A DNA stretch of 63,942 nucleotides, filler included, from Octopus bimaculoides (GCF_001194135.2; 6 parts of 5 records of this genome joined end to end with filler, not necessarily neighbours in it); one strand, 5' to 3'; counted from the whole stretch's first letter, positions 36,067 to 50,214 are shown. Numbers and translations are program-made. Notes: a model not told the origin generated them from the sequence alone.

Positions 36067-36128
36067 GCAACCAGCTAGCTTCCTATAACTCTTTTCTTAT
36101 ACTGAGCTACAGGAAGCTAGCTAGTTGC
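36067..36128 (-). ncRNA. Pre-miRNA-like hairpin (candidate)
   Basis: GCAACUAGCUAGCUUCCUGUAGCUC-AGUAUAAGAAAA-GAGUUAUAGGAAGCUAGCUGGUUGC: 25 contiguous pairs (3 G-U) on the minus strand and a 12-nt loop. Confidence 0.4.
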
Positions 36129-37072
36129 ACTAGTGACAGTTCCCGAGTTCGGATCCCGGGCAGAGATGTGCTTTTGAGCAGGACTGTTTTTATCGTGTCT
36201 ATGCTTGCTTGAATGTATCGTTTTATCCGTACCATTTATCCATCTTACTAACCTATTCATTATAAGATTGATTATCATGCATTTTGGAATTTATTACGTT
36301 AATGATTAATAAACCAGTAAGTAAAACTTCTCAATATTATAATACAGCACAACAATGCACAAAATCGCAACACATTTAGCCGCCCCGATATAGTCGTTAT
36401 TCTTTGCGTGAGAAATAACAAACATATATTACGTCTTACATGCATGTTTAATGAAATGTCAAAGCAGAAAATGAAATTGTTTCCGGGAGATTATTTCAAT
36501 TCATTGCTTAACAGTAGACGTTTTAATATCCTAATATTAATGCAGTTTGAAACAATAATAGTTTTTATTATGAAAATTCATAGTTAATTGAGGAGAAACA
36601 GTTATTCGTTTTCTGATATTTTATGCACGCAGAGAATGGTGTGTTATCAGAATCGTAAAAAGGCAGCCATAATATTATATATGCAGTATTTTAAGTACGC
36701 TTACCGAGGAAAAATTGGTCAATACTCAGTCTCACTTTTTATCCTTAAGGCTCGATAAAATAGGGTAACAGTCAGATCCAGGATTCGTTAAATCCACAAT
36801 TCTTATTCCATAGATTATTGCATTCGCCAGTTTTAGAAATCAGTATTTACCCAAATCCCGATAAACGAAATCTTTTTTCGGGAATATTTAGTGTAGAAAA
36901 GATTGCCCTAAATTATTTGCAAACACCTCTATTCATAAACATACTAACTGACGAAAATCTGGAAAGACTCTCCATATATATTTGAGGGTTGCTAATGCTA
37001 CTGCTGGTCTTATATTGTTTCTCTAGCTATAATATGCCCAATTCTCGTTCCTAAGATAACAGCACCGTCAAA

Positions 37073-37090
37073 TGTCTTCTTCTTCTTCTT

Positions 37091-37171
<81 letters not shown>

Positions 37172-37438
37172 TTCTTCTTCTTCTTCTTCTTCTTCTTCTT
37201 CTTCTTCTTCTTCTTCTTTTCTTCTTCTTCTTCTTCTTCTTCTTATTATTATTATTATTTTCTTCTTCTTCTTCTTCTTCTTCTTATTTTCTTCTTCTCC
37301 TCCTCCTTCTTCTTCTACTTCTTCTTCTCATCCTCCTCCTCTTCCTCCTTCCTCTTCTTCTTCTTCTTCTTCTTCTTCTTCTTCTTCTTCTTCTTCTTCT
37401 TCTTCTTCTTCGTCGTCGTCGTCGTCGTCGTCGTCGTC
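37073..37438. repeat. Compound trinucleotide array
   Basis: (TTC)n(TTA)n(TTC)n(CTC)(TTC)n(TCG)n. Confidence 0.95.
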
Positions 37439-38340
37439 TTCCAAGTGTTGTGTCCTAAAGCTTTAAAAATAATGGAATCAGACTCAAAGTTCTGGGATGG
37501 CAAGTAGTGATTAGCAAAATTGTTGTTCTATCCAGACACAATATGTTGGAAAATGATAACTGTAGTTTTCAGTTCAATACTTTACGTCATTCATAATATT
37601 ACTAACGTGATGTGACTCGCCTCATACCGTCGTAAATCGTTCTTAGAATTTCAGCAATACATGAAAGCTTTAAATGTGAATAAAACTGCATCACTAGAAA
37701 CGGCAGCCATATTTTCCTCGAACTATAGATGAATTACTTTCAAGGAGGAGGATACATTTGATAATGCAATCCTAGATATATAACACCAAAAAGATGGATG
37801 GCATATTCATGGCAGAAACATCTTACTTAATAGCTTAATGTCTGAAATACCGTAATCTCAGTCGGGACAGACGCAGTGCTAAATAATTAAAAGAACAGCA
37901 GCAAGAATGGAGAGGAGGAGGATGAGGAGAAATGCAAAACAAAACGAAAGAAAAAAATGAATAAAAACAGCAAAAACAAACGCAACAACAACAGCACCAC
38001 CACCACCAACGGTCTGTGCCTGTTCAAATTCTGTTTACAATAACATTCATCAAAATACATAGACCAGTTTTAGATGCTATACTGCAGAATAACTTTAACC
38101 AATATACTATCATGCTATTTGAAAATTCTCCTCATGGATGATCTAATAATAATTTTTGCTTTGATTTAAAGTAAGTCTTCAGAGATTTTCTCACATTTGC
38201 ATATACTGAGTCTAATATACATATATATGCAAACAATGTGTTTGCCTGTGAGCAAGAATATATACATATGCATAAAATATTATATAGACGTGTATTTACT
38301 TCAACACAGTATGACGTAATTACAAAACAACTGTCTCGTG

Positions 38341-38410
<70 letters not shown>

Positions 38411-38433
38411 CATATATATATATATGTATATAC

Positions 38434-38466
<33 letters not shown>

Positions 38467-39987
38467 TATGTAACATATGTATAGGATTGTGTGAATTTAT
38501 AAACACACGCAAACACAAATATACATAATTTTACCCCACTCTACATATGCAGACATACACACACATACACACACATACACACGCTTCTGTATGTATATAC
38601 ACATATATATGTACAAGTATATTCATATACATACGTGCATACATACATACACATATACACATATATATATACATACATATACATATATATATGTATATAT
38701 ATATACATACATATATATATGTGTGTATATATATATGTGTATGTGTGCGTGTGTGTGTGTGTGTATGTATGTATGTATATATACATACATATATATACAT
38801 ATTAACGAACCCTTGTGTATTCTTATGCTATTGTTAGTTATATGGAATGCATGATATTAGTATTAATGAGATGTTTTCCATTCCCCCGAAGCAATATTTT
38901 CCATAAATAAATAAATATATATTTTATCGGTGATTTTTTTCTCTCTGTTTTTCTGACATTTGTAATTGTTACGCAACAGAACCATATTCTATAGCTTCTT
39001 TTCCTTACAATCAGAAAGGAACTTGAAGGAAAATAGAAAATAGATGAATCAGATGTGAGCATTTCTTATGTATTAATACAAAATATTGTTCTCTTTAAAT
39101 TCGTGACTATACTGTTTTAAACCAAGAAATAGATATTGGTGTTTGGTGTAGGACTAAACTTACGTTGCAACATATATTTATTTCATGAAATTCATGAATT
39201 TATAATTGAAAGCTGTATCATGTTATACATTCCGGTTACTGGTTCCTAACTTGTTAATATTTTCGGGTATTGCTTAACTCAAGCAAAGTTACGTTGGTGA
39301 CTGTAATGAAAGAACCTTGCTTGTGAATCACATGATGTATCTTGTTCTGAATACGGCTATATGGTCAATAAGCCTGGCACATGGAATTCGTTGACGGAAA
39401 TTGAAATTAGTCTTATATATAATTATGTTAAATAAATTAAAACAACATAGCCAAGTGTGTTAAATTTCCTAGAAATTTCACAGTGCCTTGGCATTGTAAG
39501 CTCATTTTATCTAACATGTAAATGGTCACATACGACACGCATTAGACTTCGCCCTCTTATTATTATGGAAGAGAGACCCTTACAACGGTTGTTCCTTAGC
39601 ACCGACACGGCCTTACCTACCCTTTTGGGGCTTGTAGATACCAAAACTCTCATATATATATATATATATATATANNNNNNNNNNNNNNNNNNNNNNNNNN
39701 NNNNNNNNNNNNNNNNNNNNNNNNNNNNNNNNNNNNNNNNNNNNNNNNNNNNNNNNNNNNNNNNNNNNNNNNNNNNNNNNNNNNNNNNNNNNNNNNNNNN
39801 NNNNNNNNNNNNNNNNNNNNNNNNNNNNNNNNNNNNNNNNNNNNNNNNNNNNNNNNNNNNNNNNNNNNNNNNNNNNNNNNNNNNNNNNNNNNNNNNNNNN
39901 NNNNNNNNNNNNNNNNNNNNNNNNNNNNNNNNNNNNNNNNNNNNNNNNNNNNNNNNNNNNNNNNNNNNNNNNNNNNNNNNNNNNNNN

Positions 39988-40023
<36 letters not shown>

Positions 40024-40697
40024 GATATAGGTGATATATGTATATATACACAGAAGAAGTAAATGGAGTAGAGGGAGAGAGCACAGCTATCTGATTTGAT
40101 TTTAATAATAGCCGTAGTTTTGCATAAAAAAACACTCATTTGTCAGGAAGTATCTCTATATAGTGTATTTCTACTGCCGTTATCATTCGCATATGCGATA
40201 CATACGATATCGAGACATTAACTGGTCTCTGTAATGGCCATTTCTTGGTATCTCTAATTATTTAGTAGAAATATATGAAAATGCGCTAGCGTGTCCTTCC
40301 TATATGAATCTACAATGCGATCCTGAATCAGAATTTCAAATATGTAATGTTATATAATAGGTTATTATTGCAACCAACCATTATCATGTAGATAAATATG
40401 AAGCAGCATATATATAATAAACTCAGTTGTGCTCAAAACGTTCAAACTTAGACTCCGATGCCTTTATAGGGAAATGATTCCATAAGGCGAAAAATGAGCG
40501 ATCATGCTGAACGAGCATAGGAGCAGTTAAGTGGATAAAACAATTAGACGCATCAGATATATTAAATATGTTAAATACATCATATACAAAATCTTTATAT
40601 ATGTTTACATGCAAAAGAAGAGAAAGCAAACAGTGGACATTGTCATATGGTGAATTTCTATGTATAACTACATAGTTACTTATATTAATACGTTCAA

Positions 40698-41036
40698 GAT
40701 GTTGGCACTCCGTCGGCTACGACGACGAGGGTTCTAGTTGATCCAATCAACGGAACAGCCTGCTCGTGAAATTAACGTGCAAGTGGCTGAGCACTCCACA
40801 GACACGTGTACACTTAACGTAGTTATCGGGGATATTCAGCGTGACACAGTGTGACAAGGCTGACCCTTTGAATTACAGGCACAACAGAGACAGGAAGTAA
40901 GAGTGAGAGAAAGTTGTAGTGGAAGAGTACAGCAGGGTTCGCCACCATCCCCTGCCGGAGCCTCGTGGAGCTTTAGGTGTTTTCGCTCAATAAACACTCA
41001 CAACGCCCGGTCTGGGAATCGAAGCCGCGATCCTAT
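40698..41036 (-). mobile_element. tRNA-derived SINE family C (head clipped by gap)
   Basis: GGATCGCGGCTTCGATTCCCAGACCGGGCG...GTCAGCCTTGTCACACTGTGTCACGCTGAATATCCCC...CCTCGTCGTCGTAGCCGACGGAGTGCCAAC. Confidence 0.85.
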
Positions 41037-41135
41037 NNNNNNNNNNNNNNNNNNNNNNNNNNNNNNNNNNNNNNNNNNNNTTAATTAATTAANNNNNNNN
41101 NNNNNNNNNNNNNNNNNNNNNNNNNNNNNNNNNNN

Positions 41136-41850
41136 NTAGGAAGTTTTTTTTCCCCAGTTCATTCAGTCAATCTAGTGATGGTTTGCACGCTTCTTATAAC
41201 ATATCACTTCTCATTGCGAAGTCCAGAAAACCTCACAAAACAGGGGAACAGCTAATCTTACCAACTGTAAAAGAAGTCCTTGAAGACGGTGCTACACAAG
41301 CTACAAAAGTCAGTTATCAATGGTATTCCTCTGAGTAATAGCTCTGTCGAGAGGAGGGTTGATGAAATGGCAGACGACATCGAAGACCAACTCTGCATAA
41401 TTCTAAAGAAAACAGAATTCAGCTTGCAGTTGGACGAGTCTGCTTTGCCAGGTAATGATTCCCTCCTCCTCGCATATGTTCGTTTTGTGAAAGAGGAAAG
41501 TTTATGCCAAGAACTGCTCTTTGCCAGACTATTGGAAACTAATAGCAAGGGTGAATCCATTTTCAATGTGGTCAAGAGCTTTATTGGCAAAAAGGACATC
41601 CCACTGAATAATATTGTAGCCTGTGCAACTGATGGTGCACCATCGATGATTGGCTGTCATCGCGGCTTCATCAGTTATCTCAAAGTCAGTCTGCCTGATG
41701 TCTTCACGATGCACAGCGTGATCCACTGATATCTTGCTGCACGAAACCTCAGAGGTCGTCTTCAAGATTCCCTAAGCATGATCATCACTGCTGTGAATAA
41801 AATCAAATCTCATGCTCTGAACTGTCTCCTGTTTCAACAGCTTTCAAAAA
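41136..41850 (+). mobile_element. hAT (Buster/Charlie, ZBED5/SCAND3-like) transposase relic
   Basis: KPHKTGEQLILPTVKEV..IPLSNSSVERRVDEMADDIEDQL..FSLQLDES..LLLAYVRF..ATDGAPSMIG..HSVIH* followed by stops and truncation. Confidence 0.85.
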
Positions 41851-41959
41851 GATGAAGACTTTCAAAACTTTTGCCTAATTCGTCACCTCTAAAGGAAATT
41901 GAAAAGTAGTTCTACCACCTCTTTGTGTATATGTATTGCTATTGCGTCTTTTAGTAGTT

Positions 41960-44260
41960 CTGGAAATATGCTAATATCTAGTAACTTTTGAAATAGTCTC
42001 TTTAATGGTTCCATGATGCTGTTTCTGCACGTTGTTAACAGTGTGACAGAGAGAATCTGGTTTAGATGCTGAGTTTGAATCTAGGTTATTAACTGTAAGT
42101 ATATCATCTGCTATAATATCATTTATTATGTAGATGTGTCTCTGCAATTGAGTTCCGGGAATCAATGAATTCGCTTGGCTTATGTATTATTTTATGTACT
42201 TTCGGTTGGGAAAATGCATTGTTATATTGTTGACTCATATTTATGATGAATCATTAGTGTATGATCGATTTTGATCTATTAGCGGACCAATCCGGTTATG
42301 TCTAACTGATATTTGTTTAGCAAAGTGGAAAAATAACTTAGGAATAAATTTTATATTTTCCGTTACTCGGTGTTTCCCTTAACGAAGTTCCTTTTTCATA
42401 AAATAGTTTTAAATCCACCTCGATATTCTTTATTTTCTAATTTTTTCTCAATTTCATCTGTTGAGAGAGTTTGGATTTTCAGCTGTTTTGTTAGTTTGGC
42501 TCTGTTACGCATTAGTATCTGTCTATCTCAGGGATCGGGGAACTCTTTTAACCAATTACCCCCAAAATATATTTGTTTACACCGACGTTACCCCCTTGAT
42601 TTGAAAGGAAGACAACCATAGATTCTTTGAATTCAAAAAATTCATTGAATCTATTTTATTGAATCTATTTATACGTCCATTACATTAGACAGATGCAGTG
42701 CTACCAGAAGAAAAATTTCTGTTGTAACAAGGAACATATTCTTTATATAATTTTACTTATGTCTAATGACTCCTCATTGCCTCCAAGAATTTCATTTCTA
42801 CCCCACTTGAGGTAATTTACCCCGTTTCGCCGACCTCTTGTCTATCTCATAGAATCAAGCTATTGCGGGAAACACACGTGTTTCTACAGGGTGTGCTTTT
42901 AACAGATCCTAATTAACTCTTCGTACATAAATTTCATTCCTTCGTTAACACTGAGATTGGCCATACGCTGAGACCAGTTTTTTTTTGAGGATTTCAGTTT
43001 CGATTTCCTTCCATTTGGCCTTCCTGAAATTCAAGTTCATGAGAGGTGAGTCATGTTTGATGTCATTTATGTGCGTTGCCTTCATTCAACCATATATAGA
43101 TAATTGCATAATACTGTGGTCGGAAATAGCTGTGGGAATTACATGAACATTGTGAATGAAATTTGTATTGGTGGTAAAGACTAGGTTGAGTATGTTATTT
43201 TCCCTAGTTGGACGGGTAATGATTTGTTACATAAGAAAGTCTTTCGTGGTATCGAAAAGAGCGTTCATATCCCTCCAGTTCAGTTGTTTAGTTCCACGTT
43301 GGAAATAGCCCTCAGGCCAGTTCAGACTAGGAAAATTTAAGTCCTCTGTTAAAAGTACATTGGCCTGAGGGCTGGCCTCACTTCTGAACGACAAAGCATC
43401 TCTGAAATAATCTCCATAATTAGCCGCATCAAGAGGACAGCATGTAATACCTATGATCAAATTGAAGTCGATCACATTCATTATTATTGTATTGTACAGT
43501 TGGAGAGAAGGACATTTCTTCACGGATGAAGAGTGCTACTCCTCCTTGTTTCTATATTATGCGGTCAGTTCTGTGTAGTACATAAACTGACATATGTACT
43601 ACTGTATCTAATATGTTTGGGATCGGATGCTTTTCACTTAGTGCTGCACATATTGTCTTTTCACTGTGTGCAATGTCCCTAAGAGATGATATATTTGTTC
43701 GATTTGTGAAGTGCGAGAGGCCTTGTACATTAACCATTATTACTGAATTGAATTTGTGGGTTAATGACAGCAATGGTGTGTGGTTGTGCACTGGGATAGT
43801 ATCAGTGTTTGGTGCTGTGTGAGAATAAAAAGGTCTCTATTTTTTTCCTTTGATTTCTTTTGCTAGATCATGGCAAAAAAAGAATTTTCTTGTTTTGAGT
43901 GAGGTTGCTATCTGCTTGTTGTTATGGTTGCATTGTTGAATATGACTGTTGATTTTTCTATTTGCAGCCAATGGATATCTGAGTAATTTCTGGGTTTCGG
44001 TGAGAGTGTGGATCAACACTGCCACTGTGAGGAATTTGTAGTGGCTATGGATTTGGTAGTGGCTGTGGAATTGGTAGTACTATGGATTTGGTAGTGGCTG
44101 GGTGTCACACTTTTAAAAGTGCGTCGAATCTCTGGAAGATGAGTGAAAGAACAATCATGCTTTAGACAATATCTTTCGCGTTTGGAATAGCACCAGATTT
44201 TAGGATTCCGACTTAGAGTAGAAGCTATATTGTGATTTAGCATTTAGTGGTGGTGGTGAT
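41960..44260 (-). mobile_element. CR1-like LINE: ORF1 end, apurinic endonuclease and linker, decayed, RT absent
   Basis: Cys/His knuckle NPKIWCYSKRERYCLKHDCSFTHLP; EN motifs VNVQGL, ALSEKH, VLLTEDLNFPSLNW, NILNLVFTTN, ISDH; linker LDSNSASKPD. Confidence 0.75.
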
Positions 44261-44289
44261 TATGTTGCAAGATGTATGCTTTGGCGTAG

Positions 44290-44640
44290 GCTGAAGCACT
44301 GCCTTTAAAGGTTTTAGTTGAACAAATCGTCCCCAGGACTTATTTATTTAAAGCCGAGTACTTATTCTATCGACCTCTACTAGTACTTATTCTATCGGGA
44401 CGTAAACACACGAACACCGGTTGTTGCTTGTACGAATTATGGGTCGTGTCCCAGGTAAATAGGTGAAGATATATATACGACGGCTTCTTTCAGTTTCCAT
44501 TTACCAAACCCACTCACAAGGCTTTGGTCGGCCCGAAGCTATAGTAGAAGACACTTGCCCAAGGAGTCACAGAGTAGGACTGAACCTGGAATCATGTAGC
44601 TGGGAAGCAAGCTTCTTACCGCACAGCCACGTCTGCCTCT
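44290..44640 (-). mobile_element. SINE family A with 3' tail
   Basis: Matches 4696-5089. Confidence 0.8.
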
Positions 44641-46309
44641 ATTAAAACAAGTAGAATATTTGAGTCGGATATGGTTGGTTTGTACGCTAAGGGGTTAAAT
44701 AAACCATATTTAAAGAATAATTAGCTATTAGGTTCTAATCAGAAGTGCATTAGTTTGGTTCTTGGGAGTTCCCTAGAGAATTTTATGACCAACTTCGTCA
44801 ATAAACTTTCTCTTTATTTTTATTTTTCTTCGTAGTTATTATTTTGAGAAGAAACCTAACTTCAAGCAACTTTTTACAGATCACTTTTTTTAAACACTAC
44901 TTTCTAAAAATGGGAAAACTAAGTAAGGACTGCAAGTTTTGATTTTGCTCTCACCAAAACTTTTAGTGGGTACTAGCGTACGCAGCACCCCCTATTCCCG
45001 GGCCCTTCCTTAAGTAGGCTTTCACAGATTGGTCCGATTAATGTAACTGATGTTCAGCTTAACCACCAACAATTCAATTAATTAATTTAAAAAAATGAAC
45101 TTGTGTACGGTATTTCTTGTTACAGGAGTCAATTAAAGAACTTCTAGAAATAGCAGCCAATTCTTTATTAAATCCAACTGCTATCTAAAAAACAAAAATA
45201 AGGGAATATCATATAACGAATGGTGAATGAGGAAAATGTAAAAATGGACGTGATGATGAAAATGAACTGGTTGGCGACGATTTATTCTCCGTTATAAAAT
45301 ACAATGATTGCTATACATGAAATAAAATAACAGGTTACAACAAGGATGTGTCATTTTGTGGGGTTTTTTTCAGTATTGGATTTGTATTTTAATGTGGATC
45401 ATTTATGCCATTCAGTGTGTAACTTATATGTAAGATGCTACAAAATAGTTTTTATTGATTGTATGTTTATTTGTTCCGGGCTGGAGTTAAATTACAATAA
45501 CATCAACAATACTTATTTACCAAGGCATCAATCAATGTCACATTATATATCTATCAAATAATGTACATAAGTAGCCTACAAACATGTCTCTGGATGGTTG
45601 TAGATCTCTGCTAGAAATAACAGCCAAAGTTCTTTGTCTCTTCTTATTGTCTTAAAAATTAAAATACATGGTGGATGATATAGTCCAAGATACAGTATGT
45701 CTGGCAAAAAGATAGAATCCTCACAGATGGAATGGATTCACTCAACTCAAACTTAATTGAGACTTAACCAAGAACAATAACCAGAACGACGATTGCCTTT
45801 AAAGGGGCAGGAGGCCTCATAATCAGGCGGGCAACACACAATAGGAGTTGATGGAGGAGACAAGTAGAGGGGAAAGAAGGTGGAATTTTTGATATCGTTT
45901 GTTAATCTTATGATAATGAAGAGGCATCTTTACGGTACATTTTTTGTTGAATTTCTATCACGGAAGAGCACATTGTTTGTACTCCCACACAGCAATTGTA
46001 GGGTAACATCCAACAAGGGTCAAAGAATGTTTGTGCCCTTGCAAGGAACTCCAGCTTGAGAGCCTGATAGCCTAAATGGTGGAGTTGTGACGTGGGGTCC
46101 TTAAAAATGAATCTGAAAGTGAGCCCTCTTTCCATCAGAAACGAAGTGTGGATAATTACCGATATCTTTGTCGATCTGGTTGTTCCATGGCAGATCACTA
46201 AAAATATTTTCCAGGCTATGCCTTATATTTATGGGGGTCGAAAATTAGGGAAGCGTTATATATATATGCATGATGCATCATTGGGATACATATGAAAATT
46301 ACAAAATAC

Positions 46310-48175
46310 TCTTTTTTCTGGGGGGGGGGGGTTGTAGCAACATTTTTGTCATATCACAGCTTCCTTGCAATATTATTTTCTAGAGACAACATGCATAAGG
46401 AATTTAAGCGCTCTTCAGTCATGGTAGACCGAAATTTAATTTTAACAAAGGAAAGCTTTGAGGAATTCCTTTCTGCTTCACAACTTGTGATAGGCATTGT
46501 CAAGTACAGGTTATGTGCAGTAGTAATATTAGGGAACACTTCAATTAATTGTTGCTCATAAATAAGCTGAAGAACTTCTGTGCATTGCATTTTAGATGAT
46601 GTGCTTTCTTTTGTGTTCCGGGATTTCCTAAGGTGTAAATACTGTTTGAACTGATAACACTCATTTATTAATTTGTGGTCAATATTGTCTTTCTAATGCG
46701 ATATTATAAGTTTCAGACTGTTCTCATCAAATTCTGAATTGTTCATCAATTCCGAGAGAAACTTGAACCCTTTCGCAATCTGGGTCCATATGGGTCTATC
46801 CTCGTGCTTATCTGGATTATCAAGCAGTCATAGACTTGATTTAGAACTTCTATCCTAAATTGTTCAGCCCCTTTCAAAGAAGCCCTATCACTTGTTCCAT
46901 CTGCAAATTTCTTTGTAACAATGCGTTTGGAAACATCAGAATTTGAGGTGATATATTCACATAAACCTTTTGCTACTGATTCATCGTGTGCAATCCTGTC
47001 GGCTGAATTTTCTAGTAGTTCTTTAACAAATGCATCAGAACTTCAAATACATCAGAACCAGGGGTTTGGAGTTTCTTACTTGCTTTGTTAAAACGCTCCA
47101 TAACTTCTTCCTAAACGACTGTTAAAACAGCATATTCCAATTTTACCAACTTGTGCTATAAATTCTTTGCATCTCGCTCACATTCGGGCTTCTCTTCTGA
47201 GTCTTCAAACATATGTTTGAGAGTTTGTAAAATATCCCTATATCTATTTTTAATTGCCCGGACTGCTTCATAGTGTGCAGACCATCTAGTTACACGTAAG
47301 CTCTTTAGAGAAAAGGTTAGATTTCCCTGTGTTCAAAATCCCCCATCTTCGAGGAAATTCAGAATAGAAAACATACAGCTGCTGCAAGATGCCAAAATAA
47401 TCGACAACTTCAGGTACAGTTGACACTGCCTTTTATCAAACAAGGTTGAGTGAATGGCTTGCACATGGTACATAGTCTTTCTCCGAGCCCTTCATGTTGG
47501 AAGCATTATCGTACGACTGACCACGGATATTTTCAAGTAAAAGCTTATGCTCCCCCAGAAATTGTTATTTTGTTGAACAAGGTCGTGGATGACTATTTTT
47601 TTATTGGCAAAAATGCTAAAAAATCTCTCACAGTGTTTTCCATTATAACAGTATCGCACCACAATTACCAGCTGGTCAACATATATCATGTCAGGTGTAG
47701 AGTCAACAATAATTGAGCAGTATTTGATGTCTAGGTTGTTGATCTGATTCATCACTTCATCTTTCACATGTTTTCCTATGATTTCTACCAATTCTTCATA
47801 CGCAGATTTGGATAGATAAGTAATATTTACTTTTTCATTTTTACATTTCTCTAAATGTTCATGTAAAAATGGGTCAAACTCCGCAAGAAGCTCAATGCCC
47901 ACCCCCCATGAAATTTCCATTGTTTGGGGAGCCCCACTTTTCCTCATGACCTCTAAATGCTAAACCTCTTTCACTTAAAAACTTTATAGCTGCTACAACT
48001 CTTTTTTAGTACTTCAAAATAGTACTGCATGCTTTTTCTCAGCTGCACCAAAAGTGTCAAGAGTAGGTTGATTATTGCTAAACAGAGCACTCATGGTTTG
48101 TGCACTATCACTGACCTCACTGGTGCTTGCATGGCTTGTTTCAGTTGCAGGTGATTAACTTTTACTTGACATTGT
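46310..48175 (-). mobile_element. hAT (Tip100/ZMYM1-like) transposase relic
   Basis: ELLAEFDPFLHEHL..TYLSKSAYEELVEIIG..SIIVDSTPD..DQLVIVVRY..ERF; SYDNASNM; RWSAHYEAV; FPNITTAHNLYLTMPITSCEAERNSSKL..RSTMTEERLNSLCMLSLE. Multiple frameshifts. Confidence 0.85.
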
Positions 48176-48475
48176 AAAATAGTTTGATAGTTTTTGACGT
48201 TTAGGAATTTCGTTAGATTGCTTTTCCGTGAGCTGCTCTTTATTTATTTATTTTCTTCATATATTTACTCATCTCTGTATATTTTCCTCCAGAATGGGAG
48301 CGAAAAAAGACACAGATACAGTGAAATACATAAACCCTTATACACGCACACAAAAGATACAGATACGTATATCGAAGACGAAATGTGGGGGGGGGGGAAT
48401 ATAGTGGTAAATAAATAAATAAATGAAAAGAACTAAATAAAGGACGGGCGCTGATACAAACAGTATAGTAAGTAA

Positions 48476-48515
<40 letters not shown>

Positions 48516-48638
48516 CACACACACACACGCACAGACGCCCGCGCACATACACACGCAAATACATGTACAGATAAGGATATACACCATAGAAAGACAGAAT
48601 AGACTGAACAGAACAGCAGGTGACACATGTGATGGAGA

Positions 48639-48682
48639 GTCGCTGAAAAGCTCACTGGATATGTGACGAAAGATTTCCAGAC
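48639..48682 (+). ncRNA. Degenerate hammerhead-like motif, third copy of the 5.2-kb family
   Basis: GTCG-CTGAAAA-gcTCAC..GTGAC-GAAA-GATTT-C-c(a)GAC. G8 is mutated to A. Confidence 0.45.
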
Positions 48683-48754
48683 AAAGGACAATAAGAAATC
48701 TGAGGCGAAGAACAAATATATAGAGCATGTATTTATTCGGCAAAAAAGAATTAC

Positions 48755-48892
48755 CAGCCTGCTTCCTAACCATATGGTTCCAGGTTTCAGTCTCATTACG
48801 TGGCACCTTGGACAAGCGTCTTCTATTATAGCTTCGAACCACCCAAAGCCTTGTGGGTGGATTTGGTTGACAGAAACTAAAAGAAGTCTGTC

Positions 48893-48900
<8 letters not shown>
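48755..48900 (+). mobile_element. SINE family A (5' part)
   Basis: CTTGGACAAGCGTCTTCTATTATAGC...GGATTTGGTTGACAGAAACTAAAAGAAG. Confidence 0.8.
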
Positions 48901-48930
<30 letters not shown>

Positions 48931-49082
48931 NNNNNNNNNNNNNNNNNNNNNNNNNNNNNNNNNNNNNNNNNNNNTTAATTAATTAANNNNNNNNNNNNNN
49001 NNNNNNNNNNNNNNNNNNNNNNNNNNNNNNCAGACAGACACACACACATTCTCATTTTTATATATATAGATATATATGTATA

Positions 49083-49116
<34 letters not shown>

Positions 49117-49641
49117 CATACGTGTATATATTTATGTATATACACGCACACTCCCATACTGATGCGCGCGCAGTCTGTGTATGTGCGTGGTTATGTGCTT
49201 GTGTGTGTGTATGTATGTGTGTGTGCGTGTGTGTGTGCGCGCGCGCGTGTGTGTGTGCGTGCGTAAAAGTTCAGACTAGATAAAATTCACAAAGAATACA
49301 ATAGTGATGAAAAGGAATGAAATAGAACTCTGTAAGCACATGGGACAAACAGACAGACACACACAGACATACACCTTCAAGTACACATAAACGCACATAC
49401 ATTATAAACAAATGCGTGCACGCGCGTTATCTATATATTTAAATGGAAAGTATTCATTGTACACATTGTACAGCCAACAACAGCAATTACCTTTAATTAT
49501 GATGTCTCTGATAATGATAAGGCTTGCCATGATATACGGCCACATTGTAGAATAAAAAAGAGAAGAATGAAGAAGAAAGCGAAAAGTTGGTTGGTGTATG
49601 CCGTCGGGGAGGAAGGAGAAGATTATTCGGGAGGAAAGGAA

Positions 49642-49644
<3 letters not shown>

Positions 49645-49697
<53 letters not shown>

Positions 49698-49811
49698 AGA
49701 AGAAGAAGAAGAAGAAGAAGAAGAAGAAAAAGAAGAAGTGAATAATAATAACAAGAAGAAAAGGAAGGGGGAGAAAAAGAAGGAAAAGAAGAAAATAACA
49801 ACAACAACAAC

Positions 49812-49886
<75 letters not shown>

Positions 49887-49926
49887 AANNNNNNNNNNNN
49901 NNNNNNNNNNNNNNNNNNNNNNNNNN

Positions 49927-49981
<55 letters not shown>

Positions 49982-50141
49982 AGAAGAAGAAGAAGAAGAA
50001 GAAGAAGAAGAAGAAGAAAAAGAAGAAGTGAATAATAATAACAAGAAGAAAAGGAAGGGGGAGAAAAAGAAGGAAAAGTAGAAAATAACAACAACAACAA
50101 TAATAATAATAATAATAATAATAATATAATAATAATAATAA

Positions 50142-50172
<31 letters not shown>

Positions 50173-50190
50173 AAGAAGAAAGCAGTAGAA
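49645..50190. repeat. Compound (AGT)/(AGA)/(AAT) array, duplicated across a gap
   Basis: 49645-49888 and 49927-50180 share the same unit order. Confidence 0.9.
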
Positions 50191-50214
50191 GAAGAAATAA
50201 TTATAAGAATAACG

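Noticed and set aside
39009-39021. 13-nt minus-strand microexon with a strong acceptor and GTAAGG donor
   Set aside because: It is not a multiple of three and has no supporting neighbour exons. Plausible by chance.
49645-50190. ~250-bp tandem duplication
   Set aside because: It straddles a gap in low-complexity sequence and is probably an assembly overlap.
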